A stretch of DNA of 20,307 bases, from contig JBBQRQ010000092.1 of NCBI GenBank assembly GCA_038214755.1, positions 1-20,307 of the forward strand, in the 5' to 3' direction. This stretch comes from Verrucomicrobiota bacterium. Lineage in GTDB: Bacteria > Verrucomicrobiota > Verrucomicrobiia > Limisphaerales > CANJXF01. Below, piece after piece: positions 1 to 7,725 of this stretch (position 1 is the first letter of the stretch; every line of letters starts with the position of its first letter). The notes beneath the pieces were generated by a model. The model had not been told where the DNA came from. It searched no databases and saw only the letters and a list, made by a program, of their open reading frames with translations. The position numbers and the translations under genes were made by a program.

Positions 1-2049
1 GCTCTTGTTCTTTTCACGTCATCGGCTCTTGCGGACTGGAAATCCGACGCCAATACGAGCATCGAACAAATCCGCAAGCGCGATTGGGTTTTGTTGGTCC
101 AGAATACAGATGGGCAGCCCGTCGCCGGAGCAACGGTCCAGGTGCGGCAGCGTCGGCACGATTTTGCGTTTGGTTGCGCGCTGAATTCCTATGCGCTCGT
201 GGATCAGCCGCGTTACGCGGATTTCTTTTCGCGCAACTTTGAGTGGGCTGTTTTCGAAAACGAAACCAAGTGGACAGACGATGAACCCGTTCAAGGCCAG
301 GTGAATTATTCAAGGCCGGACATGATGGCGGCGTTCTGTCGCAAGCAAGGAATCACGATGCGCGGACACACGATTTTTTGGGAAGCAACCGGCGGCGGTT
401 ACGAACATCCGGCGTGGTTGGACCCGCTGAACACAAACCAGCTTCTCTCGGCAGTGACGGCGCGCTTGAACAGCGTTGTGCCTCATTTCCGCGGATATTT
501 TCAACACTGGGACATCAACAACGAGATGCTTCACGGCAATTACTTTCGCGGCCGGCTCGGCACTGGCATTGTTCCCTTTATGTTCCAAAGCGCGGGAACA
601 CTCGACCCGACCATCAAACGCTTTGTGAACGACTACAACGTCGTGGCCGGTTCGGAAACAGCCGCCTACAAAACACAGATAACGAACCTCTTGGCAACCG
701 GCGTGCAGGTGGAAGGCATCGGCGCACAAGGCCATTTCGGTGGACAGATTATTGACCCCGTTCTCACCAAATCACGCCTCGACAATCTCAGCACGCTCGG
801 CATCCCGATTTGGATTACCGAATACGATTCAGTCCAGGCCAACGCGACAGATCGCGCGGATAATCTCGAGACGCTCTATCGCGTCGCGTTCGCCCACACG
901 AACGTTCAAGGCGTTTTGATGTGGGGCTACTGGGCCAACTCACATTGGCTGGGATCAAATGCAGCCATCGTGGACGCGAACTGGACTGTCAACGCCGCCG
1001 GCCAGCGCTACACGAATCTCATCCAGGAATGGACGACCACCGCCAACGGCGTGACTGACGTGGATGGCCGGTTTTCCTTCCGCGGATTTCGCGGCGACTA
1101 CGACGTGACGTTGTCTGCTGCCGGACAGACGACCGTGACGCAGTGCCTCGTCCTGGCGAACGGTTTGGGCACTCAATCCAATACGGTCGCATTCGGCGCG
1201 ATTGCGCGGCCACCGGTTCTTGGCACTCTGATCGTTGGCGATACAATCGCACTCAAATGGAATCGGTTTGCCGCCGGGCGAAGTTCCGTCATCGAATCCA
1301 GCACGAACCTGAGTAATTGGGAAATTGTTTCGCCACTACTCGATCCGCTTTCAACGGCTTGGACAGTGAAATTGACCAATGACGCGCCCCGCCGTTTTTT
1401 CCGCGCGCGATCCGATTCGATCCCACCGCCGGACTTTGATTTTTACGAGGCCACCGGCGCGAAACGGACCGTTACGATTAATGGCAGCGGTCAATTCATC
1501 GGTTCGAACACTGGGTTGATCCATCGAAACTTTTACGTATTTGGAGCGCCAGATCTGCGTAATGGCGTTTTCTCCTTCACCGAGGACGGAGCCGAACCGT
1601 CGCCGAACGGCGGACCGCCCGGCGCTCTGCTTTTCAGCATAGAAACCAAGCCGACAACGGTCGGGCAGGATTATTGGGGCTTCATTTTGAGGCCGGGCAG
1701 CGTTGCCGAATGGCCTGCCAGCGGATTAACTACGACGCATCTTGGCAAGACACGCGTTCGGTTCCGTCACAAATTGACCTCGGGACGAGCCATCAACGTT
1801 CGCCTTGAGCCGTCCTCCGCCGGTTACAATGAACGCTGCGATTTCGGCAACATCACCGGCAACGGCCAGTGGCAGGAATTCAATCGGCTATTGTCCACCG
1901 GCTCAAACGGAACTGCCTTTCTCAATTTCTTGAATACCGGGGGTGAACGCTATTTGAATCTCGTCTATGGTAACGGTGCGGCTCTTTCCACCTACGCCAC
2001 CGGCGATACGCTGCTGCTGGATGATATATCTGTTTATTACGAGCCTTGA
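1..2049 (+). CDS. Secreted GH10 glycoside hydrolase (endo-1,4-beta-xylanase-like), multi-domain; 5' end lies outside the window
   Basis: Frame 1 is open from base 1 (ALVLFTSSALA-DWKSDANTSIEQIRKRD, resembling a signal-peptide tail). GH10 motifs: FENETKW, RGHTIFW, WDINNEM (acid/base Glu), GIGAQGH, IWITEYD (nucleophile Glu). Extra C-terminal domains follow. TGA at 2047-2049. Confidence 0.92.
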   Translation, partial: ALVLFTSSALADWKSDANTSIEQIRKRDWVLLVQNTDGQPVAGATVQVRQRRHDFAFGCALNSYALVDQPRYADFFSRNFEWAVFENETKWTDDEPVQGQVNYSRPDMMAAFCRKQGITMRGHTIFWEATGGGYEHPAWLDPLNTNQLLSAVTARLNSVVPHFRGYFQHWDINNEMLHGNYFRGRLGTGIVPFMFQSAGTLDPTIKRFVNDYNVVAGSETAAYKTQITNLLATGVQVEGIGAQGHFGGQIIDPVLTKSRLDNLSTLGIPIWITEYDSVQANATDRADNLETLYRVAFAHTNVQGVLMWGYWANSHWLGSNAAIVDANWTVNAAGQRYTNLIQEWTTTANGVTDVDGRFSFRGFRGDYDVTLSAAGQTTVTQCLVLANGLGTQSNTVAFGAIARPPVLGTLIVGDTIALKWNRFAAGRSSVIESSTNLSNWEIVSPLLDPLSTAWTVKLTNDAPRRFFRARSDSIPPPDFDFYEATGAKRTVTINGSGQFIGSNTGLIHRNFYVFGAPDLRNGVFSFTEDGAEPSPNGGPPGALLFSIETKPTTVGQDYWGFILRPGSVAEWPASGLTTTHLGKTRVRFRHKLTSGRAINVRLEPSSAGYNERCDFGNITGNGQWQEFNRLLSTGSNGTAFLNFLNTGGERYLNLVYGNGAALSTYATGDTLLLDDISVYYEP

Positions 2050-2084
2050 GCGCGATTGAAATGGCGCTCACGGGAGAAAAATCA

Positions 2085-2324
2085 TTATGGAATCCGGCTG
2101 TGCGACCCATCGCAGAAGCGCATCGTCTTGGATTGTTTGCAGGCGCACCAGGCGACGGTTTTCTTTTCCGTGATTTCCGTCTGCAACGGGCCGAGGCCGG
2201 TGCCTTTATGCGAGCCGTCGCAAAACGGCTGGCTTTTGGAACGCCCGCAAGCGCACCACCAATAACTCCCCGGCTCGACCAGTTGCACGATGGGCGCTTT
2301 TTGAAAAATAATTGGGTCGGACAT
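2085..2324 (-). CDS. CDGSH iron-sulfur domain protein with two tandem CDGSH motifs
   Basis: WCACGRSKSQPFCDGSH and WCACKQSKTMRFCDGSH in a 79-aa ORF. Confidence 0.93.
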   Translation of the reverse strand: MSDPIIFQKAPIVQLVEPGSYWWCACGRSKSQPFCDGSHKGTGLGPLQTEITEKKTVAWCACKQSKTMRFCDGSHSRIP

Positions 2325-2391
2325 GGGATGGTTGCGGCGAAGTTTCGAGTATGCCGCAATTCCAAACAGCGCCGTGCAGCCGAAGGACCCG

Positions 2392-2940
2392 CTACGGACT
2401 CGTCGATGAAACGCGCTGGAAAGATTCTGTTACTTGCGCAATCCTGATCCCGAACTTTTTCACGGTCACTCGCGTGAACATCGTTTCGGTTCCTTCGGGC
2501 AAATACATCCACTGGTGCAACCGCACGTTGGCGAAAGGATTTCCCGGTTTGAGGGCAATGGTATATTCCCAGCGGAAAACATTTCCGTGCGCTTCGCCTC
2601 GCGCCTTCCCGACCACATCGTTCGCCGTCGCCTCGTAATGATGCGCATCAATCCGATGCACCTGCCATTTCCGCTGTTGCGTGCGCCCGTCATCGTAATG
2701 AAAAGTTTGTTCGATGGTCACGTCTCCATTGGCGTCGCGTTTGCCAAAAGATTCCGTGGTGAACCGGCTTTTAGGTTCGCCCGCGCGATTTTCCGTCACG
2801 CCCCAGGAACGAACGTGTCCCGTAAAATATTTATCCGGCTCAAACGTGGTGCTGGAGTTCGCGAAGTCGCGCGGTTGAAGACTGCTGCAACCTGTCGCCA
2901 TTGCGGCGAGGATGGCGGCGAATAGTAAATTTGTTTTCAT
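2392..2940 (-). CDS. DUF3833-like lipoprotein
   Basis: Start chosen at MKTNLLFAAILAAMATGC (lipobox-like). The body (YFTGHVRSWG, FHYDDGRTQQRKW, YEATANDVVGKARG, GNVFRWEY, WMYL, KFGIRIA) matches my recollection of DUF3833. Confidence 0.8.
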   Translation of the reverse strand: MKTNLLFAAILAAMATGCSSLQPRDFANSSTTFEPDKYFTGHVRSWGVTENRAGEPKSRFTTESFGKRDANGDVTIEQTFHYDDGRTQQRKWQVHRIDAHHYEATANDVVGKARGEAHGNVFRWEYTIALKPGNPFANVRLHQWMYLPEGTETMFTRVTVKKFGIRIAQVTESFQRVSSTSP

Positions 2941-2966
2941 TGGGAATTTTACCTCAGTTTGCTTTT

Positions 2967-3329
2967 TCACGCTGGACGAAAACGGACTCGCCATGATTCC
3001 ACAATCGCCAATCGTCCCGGCAATCGCGCCAACAAATTCGCATTGCGCAAAAATGAATCCAACGTGCTGTTCACTTGCACGGCGGTCGCATCGTCAGGCA
3101 ATTCCAAGACCACCAGTCCGAAATAATCTTTCGGTGGATAGTTGCGGATGTCGGCAAAGTCGAAGTCTCGCGTGATGAGCGCCAGATGATGATTCTGCGC
3201 GTAAGCGGCCACCGAATCGTCATCCGCACCGGCAGGTAAAACATTTCGAACATCCTCCGCATCGTGACCGAATCTTTTTAATAATTCCGCCGAAGATCGC
3301 GGCATATTCGCGTCCAGCAGGAACTTCAT
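2967..3329 (-). CDS. DUF5615 / VapC45-like PIN-domain toxin
   Basis: MKFLLDANMP...GHDAEDVR...DDDSV...ITRDFDF are PIN-like acidic motifs. There is a 4-nt ATGA overlap with the upstream DUF433 gene. Confidence 0.88.
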   Translation of the reverse strand: MKFLLDANMPRSSAELLKRFGHDAEDVRNVLPAGADDDSVAAYAQNHHLALITRDFDFADIRNYPPKDYFGLVVLELPDDATAVQVNSTLDSFLRNANLLARLPGRLAIVESWRVRFRPA

Positions 3330-3556
3330 TTTGCGGCGGGCGCAAGGGGATGGTGTTCTTCTTGATCAACAAGTTCACCCGCGAATTTAAGGGCGGCGCG
3401 AATTCCCATTTGGGTCACGCCGTATTCTTTTTCGACTTCCTCGAAGGTCATACCGCCAGCGAGGCTGCCCACGATTAATGATACCGGCATTCGCGTGCCA
3501 CGAATGACGGGCTTGCCGTGGCAGATGCGCGGGTCAATCACGATTTGATCATTCAT
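3326..3556 (-). CDS. DUF433 antitoxin (VapB45-like)
   Basis: IVIDPRICHGKPVIRGTRMPV...LAGGMTFEEV..EYGVT...IRAAL.FA is the DUF433 signature; coupled to the PIN gene. Confidence 0.92.
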   Translation of the reverse strand: MNDQIVIDPRICHGKPVIRGTRMPVSLIVGSLAGGMTFEEVEKEYGVTQMGIRAALKFAGELVDQEEHHPLAPAAK

Positions 3557-3591
3557 TTGGGAGCAACGTTAGCCGGTTCGTCTCTATTCGC

Positions 3592-3780
3592 CTAGCGAGC
3601 AATTTTGCGCCGTTCAGTCTTCTGTTTTAGTCGCAATGCGGCAACACGCCTTAGCGCGCCAGTTTTGCAGTCTGCGAGCAAACCTTCCTCTTTTAAGAAA
3701 TCGTCGAAGTTGGAGCCTCGGTGCGAATTGAATCGATTCGGTTCCGCAGCGGCAGCTTTGATTTTTTCGACGGTCTTCAT
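3592..3780 (-). pseudogene. Truncated HigA/XRE-type antitoxin remnant (N-terminal part only), or a small hypothetical protein
   Basis: HRGSNFDDFLKEEGL...ALRRVAAL resembles the N-terminus of XRE antitoxins of the 'GSSFDDFLKEEG...AIKRVIAW' type. TAG at 3592-3594 comes before any HTH, and only 35 bp remain before the DUF433 start. Confidence 0.55.
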
Positions 3781-3835
3781 GTTTAAAAAATATCACAGTG
3801 CGTCGGTTTGTGTCCATTGACACCCAAGTAAGAAA

Positions 3836-4588
3836 TTAAATTTCTCTGAGCGGGATTTGGCCAAGCGTGTGTGCTTCCTTACCATGCGCCGGATACCAAA
3901 TATGATTATTCTCGAGAACGGAATGACTGCACAAATCTTCAACAACATTATGCACAAAATAAGCGGGGGCTAAATCCCGAAGCTTGTAGGCCCTGACAAT
4001 GTTGACGGGGCGGTTTGGTTGTTCGGGAGCACAATGCCAGTAGCGTGCGAACAGCGAAGTACCTAGAGACACACAGTTCACAATAGCTCGACTTGATCCT
4101 GCGGCTGCGCTCTTGATTTGATCAAGAAGTGTTTGGAAATCTTCGCCGTCATGTTCAAACGAAAAGAGTCCCACGAACGGACGACATTGGGCTGAATGCG
4201 ATACATACTCTCGGCAGTCTGCAAGTTTTTGAATTGCTTCGCGGAGTTTGGCGGTGCTCAAACGTGTTTTGACCTCAATAATGCCAAGGCACAGGTCAGA
4301 AGTAATAATGACCAAATCACCGTCGTGATAGAGAAGCGGTTTTGTCCGGTCGAACAAAAGAATATCAATTTGTGATGACGGGCCGTCCTTTGTGATTACG
4401 AAACCTTTACCGACGCCAATGTTTTGAGGCAGGTGGCGTCTTAGCACTGACCGAAGCACACTCTCTTTCCATTCACCATCAGTGAGCCAGTGTCGATCAC
4501 GAATAAAATGGCGCACGCGATCTTTCAACGCTTGAAATTCAAGCGTGATTGAACGGAAATAGTCTAGCCCTTCTGCATCCTCACTCAT
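3836..4588 (-). CDS. NucC/DUF6602-like PD-(D/E)xK nuclease, 250 aa
   Basis: Start at MSEDAEG (ATG 4588, 8-nt ATGAGTGA overlap with the upstream gene). Pattern H..xG...E..L...L..HLP....G.GFV......S.QIDILLFDR..P...IIEVKT gives QID-x29-EVK, similar to the NucC ID-x30-ExK active site. Confidence 0.75.
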   Translation of the reverse strand: MSEDAEGLDYFRSITLEFQALKDRVRHFIRDRHWLTDGEWKESVLRSVLRRHLPQNIGVGKGFVITKDGPSSQIDILLFDRTKPLLYHDGDLVIITSDLCLGIIEVKTRLSTAKLREAIQKLADCREYVSHSAQCRPFVGLFSFEHDGEDFQTLLDQIKSAAAGSSRAIVNCVSLGTSLFARYWHCAPEQPNRPVNIVRAYKLRDLAPAYFVHNVVEDLCSHSVLENNHIWYPAHGKEAHTLGQIPLREI

Positions 4589-5249
4589 TCTTCTTTGCTT
4601 CATCGAGTCTCTTTTCACCTCCGCGAGTGATACGAACCTTGCCTTCGTGAACAAAGTAAACCAACTCTCGCAATCGCCGGTAAAACGCCATGAGAATTTT
4701 AAGACTGGCGAGAGGATCGCCCGTAAGCTTGTTGAGGGCTGCCGGATTTTCGAGGCCAATGGCTTCGGACAAATCCTTACACGCTTCGGTAACGAACCTC
4801 AAATCCTCTTCGACTAGTTTTCGCTCACGATCTTTCAAGTTGAGTTTTGCAAGACGTCGCTTTGTGTAGCGTTTGTGAATTCCATCATAAATCCTATCGA
4901 GCCTGTCCCAAGTCTTGAAGGCTGTCGTTAGAATTTTATCAATCTGCGTGACAATCAATATGACTGCTCCGAGCTCGATGAAACCCGGCGATGCATACTC
5001 TATCCGTTTGATCTGCGGACGATCTTCGCGCGGAATAGCACCGTAAAGCGCATCATAAAAATTGACCGCGCTATAACCGCCCTGCCATGGATATTTTTGG
5101 AACGTTTGGTCAAACAAATTCTCTTGGGAATCTTCAGTCGCGAGCGCATAAAGAAACGAATAAATCTCTGCGTAGCGATGCGGAAACAGATAGAGATCGC
5201 GAATTTCCCAGCGACCTTCTATTTGAATTTTGTGTGATCCCGTTTCCAT
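4581..5249 (-). CDS. Hypothetical protein, 222 aa, translationally coupled to the nuclease gene
   Basis: Uninterrupted ORF with protein-like composition, starting 24 bp after the argG stop. Contains YPWQGGYSAVNFY and IEYASPGFIEL segments and a helical, charged C-terminal half. No family recognised. Confidence 0.8.
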   Translation of the reverse strand: METGSHKIQIEGRWEIRDLYLFPHRYAEIYSFLYALATEDSQENLFDQTFQKYPWQGGYSAVNFYDALYGAIPREDRPQIKRIEYASPGFIELGAVILIVTQIDKILTTAFKTWDRLDRIYDGIHKRYTKRRLAKLNLKDRERKLVEEDLRFVTEACKDLSEAIGLENPAALNKLTGDPLASLKILMAFYRRLRELVYFVHEGKVRITRGGEKRLDEAKKNE

Positions 5250-5273
5250 CAATCTAGTAATCTAATTTGCGTT

Positions 5274-6506
5274 TCATTTCTTTTTCGCCCCATGCACCTG
5301 CGCCGCGACTTTCAGCCGCAAACCATTCAACCGAATAAATCCCGTCGCGTCGTCCTGGTTGTAGGCTTTGGTTGGGTCGGCTTCCATCGTGGCGATGTGC
5401 GGATTGTAGAGGCTCACCGGGGACTTGCGTCCAGCCACCATGATGTTGCCTTTGTAAAGTTTCACACGAACTGTGCCCGTGACATTTTTCTGCGATTCAT
5501 CAACGAGCGCCTGCAATGCGAGCCGTTCGGGTGCGAACCAAAATCCGTTGTAAACGAGCGTCGAATATTTCGGGATGAGCGAATCGCGCAGGTGCATGAC
5601 TTCGCGGTCCATCGTGATGCTTTCCATCTGGCGATGCGCAAAATGCAAAATACTGCCGCCGGGCGTCTCGTAAACGCCGCGCGATTTCATTCCGACAAAA
5701 CGATTTTCCACGAGATCAACGCGACCCACGCCATGTTTACCGCCGAGCTTGTTCAAGGTTTGCATCACGCCGAGCGGATTTAATTTTTTGCCATTCACGG
5801 CGACGCAATTTCCTTTCACGAAATCGAGCGTGACGTATTCGGCTTTGTCCGGCGCGTCTTCGGGAAACACGGAAAGCGTGTTGAAGTAGCCGCGATATTT
5901 CGCGTCGCTCGCGTCGAACCATGGATCTTCGAGAATCCCGGCTTCGTAAGAAATGTGGAGAAGATTGCGGTCCATCGAATACGGTTTTTTCGCGCTGGCC
6001 TGCACGGGAATTTTGTGCGCGGCGCAATAATCAATCATCTCCTGGCGACCGGGAAAATCTTTGCGGAACCGTTCGTCGCGCCACGGAGCGATGATTTGTA
6101 ATTCGGGCGCGAGCGCGGCGGCGGTGAGTTCGAAGCGAACCTGGTCGTTGCCTTTGCCGGTGGCACCGTGGGCGATGGCGTCGGCTTTTTCTTTGCGCGC
6201 AATTTCGATCATGCGCTTGGCGATGAGCGGTCGCGCAATGCTGGTGCCGAGAAAATATTGTCCCTCGTAAATCGCGCCGGCCTGAATCATCGGAAAAATA
6301 AAATCGCGCGCGAATTCTTCGCTGAGATCGTCGATGTAAAGTTTCGACGCGCCGGTTTTCATGGCCTTTTTGTCGAGACCTTTGAGTTCTTCTTCCTGGC
6401 CGATGTCGGCGCAGAACGCGACGACTTCCGCGTTGTATTTTTCTTTGAGCCACAAGAGGAGAACTGAGGTATCGAGACCGCCGGAATAAGCTAAAACAAT
6501 TTTCAT
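5274..6506 (-). CDS. argG: Argininosuccinate synthase
   Basis: [68 protein letters not shown]. Confidence 0.98.
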   Translation of the reverse strand: MKIVLAYSGGLDTSVLLLWLKEKYNAEVVAFCADIGQEEELKGLDKKAMKTGASKLYIDDLSEEFARDFIFPMIQAGAIYEGQYFLGTSIARPLIAKRMIEIARKEKADAIAHGATGKGNDQVRFELTAAALAPELQIIAPWRDERFRKDFPGRQEMIDYCAAHKIPVQASAKKPYSMDRNLLHISYEAGILEDPWFDASDAKYRGYFNTLSVFPEDAPDKAEYVTLDFVKGNCVAVNGKKLNPLGVMQTLNKLGGKHGVGRVDLVENRFVGMKSRGVYETPGGSILHFAHRQMESITMDREVMHLRDSLIPKYSTLVYNGFWFAPERLALQALVDESQKNVTGTVRVKLYKGNIMVAGRKSPVSLYNPHIATMEADPTKAYNQDDATGFIRLNGLRLKVAAQVHGAKKK

Positions 6507-6574
6507 AAATTTTGTGGGGCGAATAATCGGCAAAGCGTTTTAATAGAAAAGGAGAATCGTTGAATGGCCCACCC

Positions 6575-6667
6575 AACGTGCTGCCGAGTTGCACTCGGCA
6601 GAAGCTTCGCAATTTCGAGCGCGTTGAATAGATTACCGCTCTGCCGAGTGTAACTCGGCAGCACGTT
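6575..6667. repeat. REP-like doublet, family A, copy 1 (27-bp inverted arms, 39-bp spacer)
   Basis: AACGTGCTGCCGAGTTGCACTCGGCAG (6575-6601) and its reverse complement with 1 mismatch (6641-6667). Each arm contains the hairpin CTGCCGAGT-nnn-ACTCGGCAG. Confidence 0.9.
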
Positions 6668-7626
6668 TACGGAATCAGAACAATTTTTCCGAACGCTCCA
6701 GCTTCTAAAACCGCTTCGTGCGCTTTCGCGGCTTGAGCGAGAGGAAACTCTTTGCCAACAACAGGGCGTAATGTTCCGTTCTCTAAACCTTCGCCAACGG
6801 CGCGGTAAATATCCGCGACTTCTTCTTTCGGTGCATTGGAGAGAACCATTCCTAAAATCGCCGCATCACGCGACATCACATCCCGCGGATTGATTTCAAC
6901 TTTGCCGCGACTTCCAATCACGACGACGCGTCCACTTTTGGCGAGGGCGGGCAAATCTTTCCCGAGGTTCACGTTGGCCAACATTTCGAGAATGATGTCG
7001 AAGCCGCCGTTTGTTTGCGCAATAGCTTTCTCCAAATAATCCGGCGCGTGATGATCGAAGACGTGATGCGCGCCGTTTTCCGAAGCGAGTTTGCGTCCAC
7101 GCTCAGTTCCGCCAGTCGCGAAAACGACCAAGCCAGCCGCACGAGCCAGTTGCACCGCCGCTGTGCCGACTCCACCGCTCGCGCCATGAACTAAAACCGT
7201 TTCTTCAGCGAGAGCCTTGGCTCGCTGGAACAAAGCGCGATAAGCGGTGGCGTAAGGCGTGTTGATCGCCGCGCCTTGAGCGAAAGAGACTTTTTCCGGC
7301 AGCGGATGAACATCATTTGCCTCGCACAAAGTGAATTCTGCATAAGCGCCCGTGGATGTTCCGGACGTATAGACACGTTCGCCCACACGAACCGATGCGA
7401 CTTCCGCGCCGACCGCTTCAACGACACCTGCCGCATCTTTGCCCGGCGTGTAGGGAAGCCGTGGAAGCGCCGCATACGTCCCGGCGCGAATGTAAGTTTC
7501 GACCGGATTGACTCCAGCAGCGCGAACGCGCACGAGGATTTGTTTTGCTCCCGGCTCCGGAACAGCAATTTCTTCAAGACGCAAAACTTCCGGCCCCCCG
7601 AATTGATGGACGCGAATGGCTTTCAT
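6667..7626 (-). CDS. qor: NADPH:quinone oxidoreductase (zeta-crystallin/MDR family)
   Basis: MKAIRVHQFGGPEVL, AAGVNPVETYIRAG, LVHGASGGVGTAAVQLA, GKIVLIP. The longer ORF start (7722) runs through the repeat. Confidence 0.9.
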   Translation of the reverse strand: MKAIRVHQFGGPEVLRLEEIAVPEPGAKQILVRVRAAGVNPVETYIRAGTYAALPRLPYTPGKDAAGVVEAVGAEVASVRVGERVYTSGTSTGAYAEFTLCEANDVHPLPEKVSFAQGAAINTPYATAYRALFQRAKALAEETVLVHGASGGVGTAAVQLARAAGLVVFATGGTERGRKLASENGAHHVFDHHAPDYLEKAIAQTNGGFDIILEMLANVNLGKDLPALAKSGRVVVIGSRGKVEINPRDVMSRDAAILGMVLSNAPKEEVADIYRAVGEGLENGTLRPVVGKEFPLAQAAKAHEAVLEAGAFGKIVLIP

Positions 7627-7633
7627 ATTTTTC

Positions 7634-7725
7634 AACGTGCTGCCGAGTTGCACTAGGCAGTATCTCGACGCACTCGATCGCAACGAAATAAATATCCTCT
7701 GCCGAGTGCAACTCGGCAGCACTTT
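7634..7725. repeat. REP-like doublet, family A, copy 2 (38-bp spacer unrelated to copy 1)
   Basis: AACGTGCTGCCGAGTTGCACTAGGCAG (7634-7660) and CTGCCGAGTGCAACTCGGCAGCACTTT (7699-7725). Confidence 0.9.

Noticed and set aside
2332..2359. 7-bp inverted repeat (TTGCGGC/GCCGCAA) upstream of the CDGSH gene
   Set aside because: It is short, single-copy and has no U-tract, so it cannot be distinguished from chance.
4589..4759. 57-aa extension of the nuclease ORF
   Set aside because: It overlaps the upstream gene in another frame; the coupled ATG at 4588 is more plausible.
3836..5249. Canonical CBASS operon
   Set aside because: No CD-NTase motif or Cap2/3/6/7-like genes are visible.
7627..7722. N-terminal extension of qor
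   Set aside because: It consists of translated repeat; the family-typical start is MKAIRV at 7626.
6575..7725. CRISPR array (palindromic 27-bp repeats with 38-39-bp spacers)
   Set aside because: The repeats in each pair are inverted rather than direct, there are only two per locus, and there are no cas genes. REP doublets fit better.
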